The notes: generated by a model from the letters alone, not told the origin. Counted from the first letter of the stretch, positions 20,807-33,891 are shown. The stretch is 64,000 bases of DNA from Alphaproteobacteria bacterium (GCA_964291285.2 OZ219787.1:1632001-1696000), one strand, 5' to 3'. Made by a program: numbers and translations.

Positions 20807-22357
20807 TCATGGGCGGATGGCGAAGCGGGAGGGGCCGCGCCCGGCTTCGAGCTGCTGCTGGCTCCATTCGACCCACTCGCACAGCATCGGCCGGGTCTCG
20901 CGGGGGTCGATGAGTTCGTGCATGGAGAAGCTTTCCGCGCGCCGGGCCGGGGAGAGCGTCGCGGCCATGCGTGCCTCGATCTCGGCGCGTTTCCCCTCCG
21001 GGTCTTCCGCGGCGGCGATCTCGCGCCCGAAGGCGACCGCCACGCCCCCTTCGAGCGGCAGGGCGCCCATCTCGGCCGACGGCCAGCCGAGAACATAGGC
21101 GCCGGGGCCGTAATGCGCGCCCTGGGCGACGCCGAAGGACTTGCGCATGATGACCGACGCCCAGGGCGACCGGCAGGTTGCCGCCGCCAGCACGGCAGAC
21201 GTGCCGGCGCGGATGGCGCCCTCCTGCTCCGCCTGGCTGCCGATCATGAAGCCCGGCTCGTCCACGAAGCTCACGATCGGCAGGTTGAAGGTCTCGCAGA
21301 ACTCGATGAAGCGCCTGGCCTTGCGCGCGCCGTCCGCGGTCATGGCGCCGGCATAGAAGCGCGAATCGTTGGAGAAGACGCCGACCGGGTAGCCGTTCAG
21401 CCGGGCGAGCATGGTGATCTGGCCCGGACCGTATTGCCGCGACATCTCGAATATCGAGTCCTGGTCCACGATCATGGATATGGCGCGGCGCATGTTGAAG
21501 AATTTGCGCCGGTTCTCCGGCACGATGCCGCGCAATTCCTCGTCGGCGCGCGCGGGGTCGTCGTCTGCCTCCGCGCGCGCCGGCACTTGCCAGGCGTTCT
21601 GCGGCAGGTAGGAGAGGAAGCGGCGGATCTGCGCGAGCGCGTCCGCCTCGTCCTCCGCGATATTGTCGATGGCGCCGGACCTGGCATGGACCTGGACGCC
21701 GCCCAGCTCCTCCTTGGTCACGTCCTCGCCGAGCGCCCGCTTGACGACCGCCGGGCCGGCGATCAGCACCTGGGCAGTTTCCTTCGTCATCACCGCGAAA
21801 TGCGCCGCGACAAGCCGGGAGGCCGGCAGGCCAGCGACCGGCCCGAGCGCCGCCGTCGCCACCGGCACCGCGCCCATGCACTCCGCCACCGAGGCGAAGC
21901 GGCGCGGCGCATGGACCGGCTCGCCGACCGGGCCGCCGCCGCCCGCGCCGGTGACGCTGCCGCCGCCGCCCTCATGCAGGCGGATGAGCGGCACGCGGTA
22001 TTGCAGCGCCAGGTCCTCGATATAGACGCTCTTGCGCAGGCCCGCCGCGTTCGGCGAGCCGCCGCGCACGGTGAAATCCTCGCCGCCGACGGCCGCGAGC
22101 CGGCCGTCGATGCGGCCCATGCCGACCACGAAATTGGCGGGCGTGAAGCTCTTGAGCGTCCCGTCCGCATGGCGCTCGACGCCGCCCGCCCCGCGCCCGT
22201 GCTCGCGGAAACTGCCGGGATCGACCAGGCCGTCGATGCGCTCGCGGACGGTCAGGCGGCCCTGCGCATGCTGGCGCGCCACCGCCTCCGCGCCGCCCTG
22301 CTCCAGCGCCGCCCTGCGCTTGGCGTGAATATCCTCGATCTCGCGAGACCAGCCCAT
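20807..22357 (-). CDS. Acyl-CoA carboxylase carboxyltransferase (PccB/MccB-like)
   Basis: QHAQGRLTVRERI, EDFTVRGGS, IAGPAVV, ELGG, FVDEPGFMIG, IDPRETR. Confidence 0.9.
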   Translation of the reverse strand: MGWSREIEDIHAKRRAALEQGGAEAVARQHAQGRLTVRERIDGLVDPGSFREHGRGAGGVERHADGTLKSFTPANFVVGMGRIDGRLAAVGGEDFTVRGGSPNAAGLRKSVYIEDLALQYRVPLIRLHEGGGGSVTGAGGGGPVGEPVHAPRRFASVAECMGAVPVATAALGPVAGLPASRLVAAHFAVMTKETAQVLIAGPAVVKRALGEDVTKEELGGVQVHARSGAIDNIAEDEADALAQIRRFLSYLPQNAWQVPARAEADDDPARADEELRGIVPENRRKFFNMRRAISMIVDQDSIFEMSRQYGPGQITMLARLNGYPVGVFSNDSRFYAGAMTADGARKARRFIEFCETFNLPIVSFVDEPGFMIGSQAEQEGAIRAGTSAVLAAATCRSPWASVIMRKSFGVAQGAHYGPGAYVLGWPSAEMGALPLEGGVAVAFGREIAAAEDPEGKRAEIEARMAATLSPARRAESFSMHELIDPRETRPMLCEWVEWSQQQLEAGRGPSRFAIRP

Positions 22358-22385
22358 CCGTCTTTCCTTGCGGTTTCGGACGCCG

Positions 22386-22895
22386 TCAGTCGGCGCGTTC
22401 CACGGCCGAACTTAGCATTGCGACGGCGCATTCGACGGCGGCGCAGCGTATCTCTGCGCGGTCGCCCTTGAGGTTGCGCTTCGAGGCCGCGGTTTCGCCG
22501 CCGGCGGACGCGACCGCCAGCCAGACCGTGCCGACCGGCTTTTCGGCCGAGCCGCCGCCCGGGCCGGCCACGCCGGTGACGGCGACGGCGAGGCGCGCGT
22601 CCGGGCCGCAGCGGGCGAGGGCGCCTGCCGCCATTTCCCGCGCTGTTTCGCCGCTGACCGCGCCGTGGGCGGCGAGCGTTTCCGGGCGGACGCCGAGCAT
22701 GTCCTGCTTGGCCTCGTTGGAATAGGTGACGAAACCGCGCCCGACCACGTCGGAAGAGCCCGGTATCTCGGTCAGCAGCGCGGCGACGAGGCCGCCGGTG
22801 CAGGACTCGGCCGTCGTCAGCCGGAGGCCCCTCGCGCGGCATGTGTCGAGCAGGGTTTCCGCCGCTTCCAGCAGGTCATCCGAAAAGAACGCCAT
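22386..22895 (-). CDS. CinA/PncC nicotinamide-nucleotide amidohydrolase
   Basis: AESCTGGL, VTYSNEAK, GAVS, TGVAGPGGG..KPVGTV. Confidence 0.92.
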   Translation of the reverse strand: MAFFSDDLLEAAETLLDTCRARGLRLTTAESCTGGLVAALLTEIPGSSDVVGRGFVTYSNEAKQDMLGVRPETLAAHGAVSGETAREMAAGALARCGPDARLAVAVTGVAGPGGGSAEKPVGTVWLAVASAGGETAASKRNLKGDRAEIRCAAVECAVAMLSSAVERAD

Positions 22896-23340
22896 GTCCC
22901 AGCCCCCGATCGGCAAGGTGGAGAAGTGCGGCCGCGCCGCCCGCCGCCGCGATATCGTCCGCCATCACGCCCGCGCCGCCGGCGACCCGGCGCTCGATCC
23001 ATCCTATCGGCGGCGGCTTGGCGATGTCGAACAGGCGGAAGGCGGCGAAGCCGAGGGCGTAGGCGAGCAGGTCGAGCGGCAGCGTCGCCAGCACCAGCCA
23101 CTGCCCCACGACCTCGTCGACGACGACCGCAGGGGAGTCGCGCTCGCCCGTTTCGCGCTCATGGCGCGAGGCCGCATGGCAGCCGGCGAGGCCCAGCAGC
23201 ACCGCCGCGCCCGCCAGCGCCCACGGCCCGCCCGCCCAGGCGATGGCCCAGGCCGGGGGCAGGGCGGCGAGCGAGGCCCAGCTTCCCGGCGCGCGGGGCA
23301 GGCGGCCCAGCCCGAAGACGGTGGCGACGGGGTGCCTCAC
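22876..23340 (-). CDS. pgpA: Phosphatidylglycerophosphatase A
   Basis: APGSWAS, VVDEVVGQW, FRLFDIAKPPP, GVMADD; GTGA overlap with ispDF stop. Confidence 0.92.
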   Translation of the reverse strand: MRHPVATVFGLGRLPRAPGSWASLAALPPAWAIAWAGGPWALAGAAVLLGLAGCHAASRHERETGERDSPAVVVDEVVGQWLVLATLPLDLLAYALGFAAFRLFDIAKPPPIGWIERRVAGGAGVMADDIAAAGGAAALLHLADRGLGHGVLFG

Positions 23341-24461
23341 GGCAGCGCCAGGGTCGCCGTCGCCTGGGCGGCGATGCCCTCGCCGCGTCCGGTGAAGCCC
23401 AGCCGCTCCGACGTCGTCGCCTTGACCGACACGCGGTCCGCCGGGATGGCGAGGATGCGGGCGAGTTCGGCGCGCATGGCGTCGCGGTGGGGGCCGATGC
23501 GCGGCGCTTCGCAGACGAGCGTCACGTCGCAATGCAGGATGCGCCCGCTGCGCGCCGCCGCCATGTCGCGCGCGTGCGCCAGGAATATCTCCGAGGCCGC
23601 GCCCTTCCATTGCGGGTCCGACGGCGGGAAGTGCCGGCCGATATCGCCTTCGGCCAGCGCGCCGAGGATCGCGTCGGTGAGCGCGTGCATGCCGACATCG
23701 GCGTCGGAATGGCCGGCGAGCGTCCTGTCGTGCGCAATGCGGACGCCGCAGAGGATGACGCCGTCGCCGGGCGCGAACCGGTGGACGTCGAAGCCGTGGC
23801 CGGTGCGGATGTCGGGCCCCGAGAACCGGGCGTCGTCGCCGGGTTCCGTGATCTTTTCGAGCCGGGCGTCGCCCTCGACCACGGCGACGCTCAGGCCGGC
23901 GGCTTCGGCGAGCGCCGTGTCGTCGGAAAAGGAGGCGGGCGCGGCCTGCCTGTGCGCCTCGAGCAATGCCGGAAACCGGAACCCCTGGGGCGTCTGGATG
24001 CGCCAGAGGCCGTCGCGGGAGACGGTGCCGGCGGACCGGCCGTCCTCGACCCGCTTCAGGGTATCGGCGACCGGCAGGCCCGGCGCGGCGCCGTCATGCG
24101 CCTCCAGCGCCTCCAGCAGCCGCCTCACGACCGCCGGGGGGAGGTCCGGGCGCGCGGCGTCGTGGACCAGGACATGCGCGGGCGGGTCGCCGGCCAGCGC
24201 CTCCAGGCCGTTGCGGACGCTCGCCTGCCGGTCCGGCCCGCCGAAGACCGGCGGCAGGAGGTCGAGGCCGGCGGTCGCCGCGCGGTAGCGTTCGCCGTCG
24301 TCCGGGTGGATGACGCACAGCACCGGCATGAAGGGGCGCAGCGCCATCGCGGCGGCGGCCAGAACCGTCCTGTCGCCCAGGGGCAGATACTGCTTGGGCT
24401 CCGGGCCGCCGAAGCGCGTTCCGCGGCCTGCCGCGACGATAAGGGCGATCCGGTCCCGCAT
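23337..24461 (-). CDS. ispDF: Bifunctional IspD/IspF
   Basis: AAGRGTRFGG..PKQY, VHDAARP, QTPQGF, GFDVH, GHSDADV, VKATTSERLGFTGRGEG. Confidence 0.96.
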   Translation of the reverse strand: MRDRIALIVAAGRGTRFGGPEPKQYLPLGDRTVLAAAAMALRPFMPVLCVIHPDDGERYRAATAGLDLLPPVFGGPDRQASVRNGLEALAGDPPAHVLVHDAARPDLPPAVVRRLLEALEAHDGAAPGLPVADTLKRVEDGRSAGTVSRDGLWRIQTPQGFRFPALLEAHRQAAPASFSDDTALAEAAGLSVAVVEGDARLEKITEPGDDARFSGPDIRTGHGFDVHRFAPGDGVILCGVRIAHDRTLAGHSDADVGMHALTDAILGALAEGDIGRHFPPSDPQWKGAASEIFLAHARDMAAARSGRILHCDVTLVCEAPRIGPHRDAMRAELARILAIPADRVSVKATTSERLGFTGRGEGIAAQATATLALP

Positions 24462-24525
24462 GGCGGCAGAGCATATTCCAGAACCGCGGCGGCGGCGCAA
24501 CGGGTCGATCGCCGCAATCCGGAGT

Positions 24526-24569
24526 TGATTATGATTTGTGCAAACGCTATTCCGGTCACAAAGTAGGCA
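24526..24569. promoter_or_regulatory. Two putative NtrC-binding sites upstream of ntrB
   Basis: TGATTATGATTTGTGCA (24526-24542) and CGGTCACAAAGTAGGCA (24553-24569) each match one half of TGCAC-N7-GTGCA. Confidence 0.45.
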
Positions 24570-24581
24570 TTTCAGTTGGCC

Positions 24582-25658
24582 ATGACAGACGCAGCGGCGA
24601 TAATTTCCGCCTTGAGCGCGGCGGTGTTCACGGTGGACCGAACCGGCGCGGTCACGTCCTTCAACCCGGCCGCCGAGGGCCTGCTGAACACAGGCGCTCC
24701 ACAGGCCCTGGGGCAGCCTCTCAGCCGGATCCTGCCGGAGGACCACCCCCTGTTCGGCATGATCGAGACCGTGCGCGAGCAGGGCGTCAACCTCACCGAA
24801 TACGAGGTTTCCATCGAGACGCCGCGCGTGAAACTGCCCGTGGCGGTTGCGCAATTGTCTCCCGTTGCCGAGGAGGCCGGGGCCGTCGCGGTCATGCTCG
24901 TGCCGATGACGCTTGCCCGGGAGATCGACAGGCACCTCGTGCATCGCGGCGCGGCGCGGTCGGTCGGCGGCATGGCGGCCATGCTCGCCCACGAGATCAA
25001 GAACCCGCTTGCCGGAATCCGGGGCGCCGCCCAGCTTATCGAGGCGAATGTCGATACGGGCGACAAGGAGCTGGCGGCGCTCATCCGCGAGGAGGCGGAC
25101 CGGGTGGCCGCGCTGGTCAACCGCATGGAAGCGTTTGCCGGGCCGGACGGCCTCGAACGCAAGCCCGTCAATATCCATGAAGTCCTGAACCGGGTGCGCA
25201 AGGTTTCCGAGACGGGGTTCGCCTCGAAGATCGCGTTCGTGGAGGAATACGACCCGTCGCTGCCGCCGGTCCCGGGCGACCATGACCGGCTGGTGCAGGT
25301 GTTTCTCAACCTCGTGAAGAACGCCGCCGAGGCCTGTCCCGAAGACGGCGGGGAGATCCTGTTGCGTACCGTCTATCGCCATGGCGAAAGGCTTGCGGTT
25401 TCCGGGAGCGGCAGGCGCATACATCTGCCGCTCGAGGTTACCGTGCAGGACAATGGCCGCGGCATTCCGGAGGAGTTGCACAGGACGCTGTTCGACCCCT
25501 TCGTGAGCGGCAAGCAGGGCGGGCAGGGGCTCGGTCTCTCGCTCGTCGCCAAGATCGTGGACGAGCATGCCGGCGCCGTCGCGTTCGAGAGCGAGCCCCG
25601 GCGCACTGTCTTTCGCGTCCTGCTGCCTGTAGATACCGAGGAAGGAGGTGTGCGGTGA
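24582..25658 (+). CDS. ntrB: Nitrogen regulation sensor kinase NtrB
   Basis: PAS domain, [43 protein letters not shown]. Confidence 0.95.
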   Translation: MTDAAAIISALSAAVFTVDRTGAVTSFNPAAEGLLNTGAPQALGQPLSRILPEDHPLFGMIETVREQGVNLTEYEVSIETPRVKLPVAVAQLSPVAEEAGAVAVMLVPMTLAREIDRHLVHRGAARSVGGMAAMLAHEIKNPLAGIRGAAQLIEANVDTGDKELAALIREEADRVAALVNRMEAFAGPDGLERKPVNIHEVLNRVRKVSETGFASKIAFVEEYDPSLPPVPGDHDRLVQVFLNLVKNAAEACPEDGGEILLRTVYRHGERLAVSGSGRRIHLPLEVTVQDNGRGIPEELHRTLFDPFVSGKQGGQGLGLSLVAKIVDEHAGAVAFESEPRRTVFRVLLPVDTEEGGVR

Positions 25659-27103
25659 GCGCCACCGTTCTTGTCGCCGACGACGACCGCGCCGTGCGCA
25701 CCGTGCTAAGCCACGCGCTCGGACGGGCCGGCTACGAGGTGAAGGCAACCAGCAATGCCGCCACGCTTTGGCATTGGGTGCAGGAAGGCGAGGGCGACCT
25801 GGTAATTACCGACGTGGTGATGCCGGACGAGAACGGCCTCGACCTGGTGCCCCGGATCCGCCGGCGGAGGCCAGAGTTGCGCGTCATCGTGATGAGCGCC
25901 AGATCCACCCTGCAGACCGCCGTCAAGGCGGCTGAGCGCGGCGCGTTCGAATATCTGCCCAAGCCGTTTGACATTGCCGAACTGATCGGCATCGTGCAGC
26001 GCGCGTTGAGCGTGCCGCTGGCCGACCCGCCGGTCGAGCGGGAGGAGGACGAAGCCGACCGCCTGCCCCTGATCGGCCGTTCGCCGGCCATGCAGGAAAT
26101 CTACCGGGTTGTCGCGCGGCTGGTCGGCGTGGACCTCACGGTGACGATCACCGGCGAATCGGGCACCGGAAAGGAACTCATCGCACGGGCGCTGCACGAC
26201 TATGGAACCCGGCGCAACGGACCGTTCGTCGCCATCAACATGGCGGCAATCCCGAAGGACCTCATCGAGGCCGAACTGTTCGGGCATGAGCGCGGGGCCT
26301 TCACCGGCGCCTCGCAGCGCATGGCCGGGCGCTTCGAGCAGGCGGAAGGCGGCACGCTCTTCCTCGACGAGATCGGCGACATGCCGATGGAAGCGCAGAC
26401 CCGGCTTCTGCGCGTGCTGCAGGAGGGCGAATACACCCGGGTCGGCGGCCGGCAGCCGCTCCGCGCCAATGTCCGCATCGTGGCCGCCACTCACCGCGAC
26501 CTGCGCCTGGCCATCCGGCAGGGGCTGTTCCGTGAAGATCTCTTCTACCGGCTGAATGTTGTGCCGCTGCGCGTGCCGCCGCTGCGTCATCGCCGCGAGG
26601 ACATTGCGGAACTCGTCGCCCATTTCCTTGCCGTCGCGCGCCGCGAGGGCCTCGGCGCCAAGACGATCGACAGCGACGCGATGCGCCGCCTGCGCGCCTA
26701 TTCCTGGCCCGGCAATGTCCGCGAGCTCGAAAACCTCATCCGGCGGGTCGCCGCCCTTTATCCGCAGGACACGGTCGGCATCGACATCGTCGAGGCGGAA
26801 CTCGCGGAGATCGCCGAGGAAGCGTCCGACGAGCTTCCCGCGCGCACGGAACGGGCCGAGTCGCTCGCCGAGGCGGTGGACATTCACCTGCGCCGGCACT
26901 TCGCGCTCGACGGCGACAGCCTTCCGGAGGCGGGCCTTTACGAACGCATCGTCCGCGAGGTCGAGCGCCCGCTGATCCAGCATTGCCTAGCGGCAACGAA
27001 TGGCAACCAGATCAAGTCCGCGGAAATTCTCGGCCTCAACCGGAATACGCTGCGCAAGAAGATCCGGTATCTCGAAATTCCGGTGGTTCGCGGTTTGCGC
27101 TGA
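25655..27103 (+). CDS. ntrC: Nitrogen regulation response regulator NtrC
   Basis: [25 protein letters not shown], Fis [14 protein letters not shown]. Confidence 0.96.
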   Translation: MSATVLVADDDRAVRTVLSHALGRAGYEVKATSNAATLWHWVQEGEGDLVITDVVMPDENGLDLVPRIRRRRPELRVIVMSARSTLQTAVKAAERGAFEYLPKPFDIAELIGIVQRALSVPLADPPVEREEDEADRLPLIGRSPAMQEIYRVVARLVGVDLTVTITGESGTGKELIARALHDYGTRRNGPFVAINMAAIPKDLIEAELFGHERGAFTGASQRMAGRFEQAEGGTLFLDEIGDMPMEAQTRLLRVLQEGEYTRVGGRQPLRANVRIVAATHRDLRLAIRQGLFREDLFYRLNVVPLRVPPLRHRREDIAELVAHFLAVARREGLGAKTIDSDAMRRLRAYSWPGNVRELENLIRRVAALYPQDTVGIDIVEAELAEIAEEASDELPARTERAESLAEAVDIHLRRHFALDGDSLPEAGLYERIVREVERPLIQHCLAATNGNQIKSAEILGLNRNTLRKKIRYLEIPVVRGLR

Positions 27104-29284
27104 TGGCGGCGCGCTTGGGGAGCCTGTCGGCGGTGCGGAGATGGGCGGCGTTCGCCTTCGCCGGCCTCGCGGCGTTTTCCGGAGTGCTTACCTATCTGGC
27201 GATGACCGGCGCGGTGCCCTTCATTCCGCCGACTGTCGACAATGTCGTCATCCTGCTGGTTGTCGATCTCGTCTTGCTGGTCCTGCTGGCGTCGGTGGTC
27301 GGATACCGGATGGCGGCGCTGTGGAGAGAACGTCGCCGCCGCCGCGGGGGTTCCCAGCTCCATGTGCGCCTCGCCGTGCTGTTCACCGCGGTCGCGCTGG
27401 TACCGACCGTGCTCGTTGCGCTGTTTACCGTGCTCTTCTTCGACTACGGCCTGCACGGATGGTTCAGCCAGCGGGTGCAAACCGCCCTCGACCGGTCGCT
27501 CGCGGTTGCCGAGGCCTATGTCGAAGAGCACAGGCGTGTGCTCGTCTCGGACGCGCTGGCCATGGCGAACGATCTGAGCCGCGGCGGTCCGCTGCTGTTC
27601 GCCAACACACGGGCCCTCGAGAACGTCCTCGAATCGCAGGCCGGCGCTAGGTCTCTCTCCGACGCCCAGGTTCTCGAGGCGGGAGGACGGGTGCTGGCGC
27701 GCTCGATGTTTTCGTTCGGCGTGGTCTTTTCGCCCGTGCCCGAATGGGCACTGGAGGCGGCCCGGCGCGGCGAGGTCGCCATTCTGGAGGACAGGGACGG
27801 AGACCGGCTCGGCGCCCTGCTGCGCATCGCCGGCCTCGATGAGACGTTCCTCTATATCGGGCGGTATGTGGACCCTATCGTGGTCAACCAGGTCACTCGG
27901 GTGCGCTCGGCCGTGGCGGAATATGAATCGTTCGAGGGGCAGCGCACGACAATCGAATACACATTCGCGATGATGTTCGCGACAGTGGCTGCCCTGTTCG
28001 TGTTCGCCGCGATCTGGGTGGGGTTCAACATGGCCGCACAGCTGGCGGAGCCGATCACGAACCTCATCTCGGCAGCCAACCAGGTGCGGGGCGGAGACCT
28101 GACCGCGCGGGTGCGGGTCGGCACGAGGGAAGGCGGCGAGATCGATGCGCTGGGCCGGGCTTTCAACCGCATGACCGATCAGCTGGGCCGCCAGCGGACC
28201 GCACTCATCGACGCAAATCTCGAGCTGGAGGAACGGCGGCGGTTCACGGAAGCCGTCCTGGCCGGCGTTGCGGTCGGTGTGGTCGGGCTGGATGCAGAAC
28301 GCCGGGTGCATCTGCCGAACAGGGTCGCTTCCGACCTGCTTGGAGTGGACCTGATGGAACATCTCGACCGCCCGCTGATCGACGTCGTGCCCGCGTTCGG
28401 CGCGGCTCTGGAAGAAGCGGCCCGGCGGCCCGACCGGTCCGTCGAAACCGAGGTTGCAATAGAGCGCAACCGCGAACTGCGCACCTTCCAGCTTCGCGTC
28501 ACCGCGGAACCTTCGCCCGACAGGCTGGGCGGCTTTGTGCTCACATTCGCGGACATAACCGACCTGCAGTCCGCGCAGCGCATGGCCGCGTGGTCCGACG
28601 TTGCGCGCCGCATCGCCCACGAGATCAAGAATCCGCTGACCCCGATCCAGCTCGCCGCAGAGCGTCTCCGCCGGCGCTATGCCAGGGAGATCAAGGACGA
28701 CCCCGAGACGTTCTCGCTGTGCATCGACACCATCGTGCGCCAGGTGGACGACATGCGCCGGATGGTCGACGAGTTCGCATCCTTCGCCCGCATGCCGGCT
28801 CCTGCGCCAGCAGAGGCGGACCTCGCCGACATCGTCCGCCGGGCCGTCTTTCTGCAACGGGAAGCCGCCACCGGCCTCGATATCGAAATGCGCCTCCCCG
28901 ATGGTCCCGTCCTGCAGGTCTGCGATGCGCAATTGCTTGGCCAGGCCTTAACCAACCTTCTTCTGAATGCCATTCAGGCGCTTGAGAACAGCGACGGCAG
29001 CCGCATCCTCGTGGCGCTTTGCGAGTCGCCCGAGCGGACCGAGATATTGGTGGAAGACGACGGGCCCGGCTTTCCCGCGGAGTTGCGCCACCGGTTGACC
29101 GAACCCTATGTCACGACCAAGGGACGGCGCGGCGCGGGTCTCGGACTTGCCATCGTCCAGAAGATCGTCGAGGATCAGGACGCGGCGCTTCATCTGGAGG
29201 ATGGCGAGGCTGGCGGCGCCCGCGCGCGGATCGTGTTCCCGCGCGGAGAAGCCGCCCTGGAGCCGGAACGGGGCCGACACCACG

Positions 29285-29292
<8 letters not shown>
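27103..29292 (+). CDS. ntrY: Sensor histidine kinase NtrY
   Basis: TM helices, [25 protein letters not shown]; TGATG coupling to ntrC. Confidence 0.94.
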
Positions 29293-30667
<1,375 letters not shown>

Positions 30668-30677
30668 CGGTGCGGCC

Positions 30678-32054
30678 ATGCGCGTGATCGTTTGCGGCGC
30701 CGGCCAAGTCGGCATGAATATCGCCCGGTACCTGGCGGCCGAGCGCAACGACGTGACTATCGTGGACCGGTCTTCCGAACTGATCGAGCAGTTGGCGGAA
30801 ACCCTGGATATCCGGGCGGTCGCCGGTCACGCCTCCAGTCCCGATGTGCTGGCCCGGGCCGGCGCGGAAGATGCGGACATGCTGATTGCGGTCACGCTTG
30901 TCGACGAGATCAACATGATTGCGTGCCAGGTCGCGCATTCGCTGTTCAACATCCCGACCAAGATCGCCCGTATCCGCCGTCCGTCCTATCTCGACGGCCA
31001 CTGGGCCGACCTGTTTGCGCGGGAGGGGATGCCGATCGACACGGTCATTTCTCCCGAACGCGAGGTCGCGAGTGCGATCATGCGCAGACTGTCCCGGCCG
31101 GGCGCAACCGAGATGATCCCGTTTGCCGACGGGCGGGTCCGCCTGATCGGCGTCCGCCTCGACGACAACTGCCCGATCGTCAATACGCCGCTGCGGCAGC
31201 TGACGGCGCTGTTCCCGGACCTGAACATCAATGTCGTCGGCATTATCCGCGCAGAGCGGAAATTCGTTCCCAAGGCGCGCGACCAGATGCTGGTCGGGGA
31301 CGAGGTCTATTTCGTCGTGGACAACGCCCATGTGACGCGCGCAATGGCGGCATTCGGCCATGAGGAGCGTGAGGCCGAGCGCGCGGTCATAATCGGCGGC
31401 GGCAATATCGGGCACCGGCTCGCGAGCCTGATTGAGGAGGAGCTTCCGCATGTGCGCCTTCGCCTGATCGAGCGCGACCGCGAGAAGGCCGCGGAACTCA
31501 CCGATACCTTGCGGCGGACCACCGTATTGCAGGGCGATGCGCTCTCCGAAGACCTTCTGGAAGAGGCCAATTTCGAAAATGCGGATCTGACGATCGCGCT
31601 GACGGACGACGACGAGACCAACATCCTGGCTTCGCTGCTGGCGAAGCGGGCCGGGTCGTCGCGCACGGTCGCGCTTATAAACAAGTCCGCCTACAGCGCG
31701 CTGATAAGCCCGCTCGACATCGATGTCGTCATCAATCCCCGGGCGATCACCGTATCCCAGATCCTGCAGCATGTGCGCCGCGGGCGGGTTCTCGCGGCCT
31801 TTTCGATAGGAGACGATTTCGGTGAGGCGCTGGAGGTTGAAATCCTCGAAACATCCGTGGTGGCGGACAAGGACCTGAGGGTGCTCAAGATGCCTGCCGG
31901 TTCCATCGTGGGAGCGATTCTGCGCGGTGACGAGGTCGTGATCCCGCGCGGGCGCACCATGATCCGCGCGGGAGACCGGGTCGTGCTGTTCTCCATGGCT
32001 GGCGTGCTCAAACGGGTCGAACAGATGTTCGCTGTGCGCCTCGAATTCTTCTAG
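30678..32054 (+). CDS. trkA: Trk potassium uptake NAD-binding subunit
   Basis: GAGQVG and GGGNIG Rossmann motifs, two RCK domains. Confidence 0.95.
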   Translation: MRVIVCGAGQVGMNIARYLAAERNDVTIVDRSSELIEQLAETLDIRAVAGHASSPDVLARAGAEDADMLIAVTLVDEINMIACQVAHSLFNIPTKIARIRRPSYLDGHWADLFAREGMPIDTVISPEREVASAIMRRLSRPGATEMIPFADGRVRLIGVRLDDNCPIVNTPLRQLTALFPDLNINVVGIIRAERKFVPKARDQMLVGDEVYFVVDNAHVTRAMAAFGHEEREAERAVIIGGGNIGHRLASLIEEELPHVRLRLIERDREKAAELTDTLRRTTVLQGDALSEDLLEEANFENADLTIALTDDDETNILASLLAKRAGSSRTVALINKSAYSALISPLDIDVVINPRAITVSQILQHVRRGRVLAAFSIGDDFGEALEVEILETSVVADKDLRVLKMPAGSIVGAILRGDEVVIPRGRTMIRAGDRVVLFSMAGVLKRVEQMFAVRLEFF

Positions 32055-32074
32055 AGACAGGGAAGGGAATCCGC

Positions 32075-32938
32075 TTGGCCAGAATCGCCTATGTCAACGG
32101 CCGCTATGTGCCGCATCGCGAAGCGGCGGTGCATGTGGAGGACCGGGGCTACCAGTTCGCCGACGGCGTTTACGAAGTCATCACCGTGCGCGCCGGCGGG
32201 TTCGTCGATGCCGAACCGCATCTCGACCGGCTGGACCGTTCGCTCGGCGAGCTGCGGATCGCGCCGCCCATGGACCGCCCGGCCCTGCATCATGTGCTGC
32301 GCGAAGTAAGGCGACGCAACCGCATAACGGACGGCATCGTCTATCTCCAGGCGACGCGTGGCGTGGCCCGCCGCGATCACCCGTTCCCGGCTGAGGCGGA
32401 AACCGCCCTGGTCGTGACCGGCAGCCGCAGGCCGCCCCCGAATCCCGCAATACTGGAAACCGGGGTCAATGCCGTGTCGGTGCCCGACAACCGCTGGAAA
32501 CGCTGCGACATCAAGTCGGTCTCGCTGCTGCCCAACATCCTCGCCAAGCAGGCCGCGCGGGAAGCTGGCGCCTATGAGGCCGTGTTCGTGGACGAGGAGG
32601 GTTTTGTCACCGAAGGCGCCTCGACCAATGTCTGGATCGTGACCCCCGGCGGCGAACTGCTGACCAGGGAGCTTGACCACGGGATTCTGGCGGGCGTCAC
32701 CCGCGGCACCATCGTGAAGCTGGCTGAACGCCTCGGCCTTTCGTTCGCCGAACGCCGTTTCACCATCGATGAGGCCAAACGCGCCCGCGAAGCCTTCGTT
32801 ACCAGCGCGACCTCCTTTGTGACCCCGGTGGTGTGCATCGACGAGGCGGTTGTCGGCAACGGCAAGCCCGGCTCGACCGCCCACGCCCTGTTCGAAGTCT
32901 ATGCGCGCTACATGGAGCAGGGAGACGCTGCTGCATGA
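32075..32938 (+). CDS. dat: D-amino-acid aminotransferase (PLP class IV)
   Basis: EDRGYQFADGVYEV, DIKSVSLLPN, TEGASTN, ILAGVTR. Confidence 0.92.
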   Translation: MARIAYVNGRYVPHREAAVHVEDRGYQFADGVYEVITVRAGGFVDAEPHLDRLDRSLGELRIAPPMDRPALHHVLREVRRRNRITDGIVYLQATRGVARRDHPFPAEAETALVVTGSRRPPPNPAILETGVNAVSVPDNRWKRCDIKSVSLLPNILAKQAAREAGAYEAVFVDEEGFVTEGASTNVWIVTPGGELLTRELDHGILAGVTRGTIVKLAERLGLSFAERRFTIDEAKRAREAFVTSATSFVTPVVCIDEAVVGNGKPGSTAHALFEVYARYMEQGDAAA

Positions 32939-33573
32939 CCCGTCCCGTCGTCCTCTTCGACTGGGACGGGACGCTGGTAGACAATTGGCCGGTCATCCAT
33001 GACGCGCTTGCGGTCACACGGGAATCATTCGGACTGCCGCCCTGGAGCCTTGGCGAGACCTTGCAGCATGTGTCCCGCTCCGGCCGCGAGAGCTTCCCGA
33101 AGATGTTTGGCGCCGACTGGCGGCGGGCGAGCGACATGTTCTATGCCGCCTTCGAAGCCCGGCACCTGGATGCGCTGACGCTCCTGCCCGGCGCCGAGAC
33201 CTGTCTGAACCGCCTCGAGGCCGCGGGATTTCCCCTCGCCGTCGTGTCCAACAAGAATGGCGCCTATCTTCGCCGCGAGGCGGACCGCCTCGGCTGGACC
33301 GGCCGCTTCGAGGCGCTTGTCGGGGCGGGGGACGCATGCCGCGACAAGCCGGATGCCGCGCCTGTCCGGCTGGCTCTCGGTGGCCGGCCGGGACACTGGC
33401 TGGTCGGGGATTCGGACACCGACATCCGCACGGCGCGCAATGCCGGGCTGCGTTCGGCAATCGTGCCTTATGCCGATGGCCTCGAGCCCGGTCCGGATGC
33501 GGACGCGCGCTGCGACAGTCTGGCCGCGATCCCGGACCTTGTCCTGTTCTCGCGCCGTATCAATTTAGAATGA
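32935..33573 (+). CDS. HAD-family hydrolase (phosphoglycolate phosphatase-like)
   Basis: FDWDGTLVD, VVSNK, KPD, VGDSDTD. Confidence 0.9.
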   Translation: MTRPVVLFDWDGTLVDNWPVIHDALAVTRESFGLPPWSLGETLQHVSRSGRESFPKMFGADWRRASDMFYAAFEARHLDALTLLPGAETCLNRLEAAGFPLAVVSNKNGAYLRREADRLGWTGRFEALVGAGDACRDKPDAAPVRLALGGRPGHWLVGDSDTDIRTARNAGLRSAIVPYADGLEPGPDADARCDSLAAIPDLVLFSRRINLE

Positions 33574-33642
33574 AGAGAGGAAGATGCCTCGGTCCCGGCA
33601 ATGGCCTGGCAGCTTCCCTTGCGCGAGCCGGGGTCAGTGCCG

Positions 33643-33891
33643 ATGTCGTCTGCCCAGAAGAGCAGGAGCCTCCAAGACCAGTTCCTCAACCACATCAGGA
33701 AGGCGAAGGCGCCCGTCACGGTGTTCCTCGTCAACGGCGTCAAATTGCAGGGCCTGGTGGTTTCGTTCGATAATTTCTCCGTGCTGCTGCGCCGCGACGG
33801 CCATTCGCAGCTGGTCTACAAGCACGCGATCTCGACCATCATGCCGTCGACGCCGATCCAGCTCTTTGATCGCGAAGACGATCCCGCTTGA
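33643..33891 (+). CDS. hfq: RNA chaperone Hfq
   Basis: [33 protein letters not shown]. Confidence 0.97.
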   Translation: MSSAQKSRSLQDQFLNHIRKAKAPVTVFLVNGVKLQGLVVSFDNFSVLLRRDGHSQLVYKHAISTIMPSTPIQLFDREDDPA

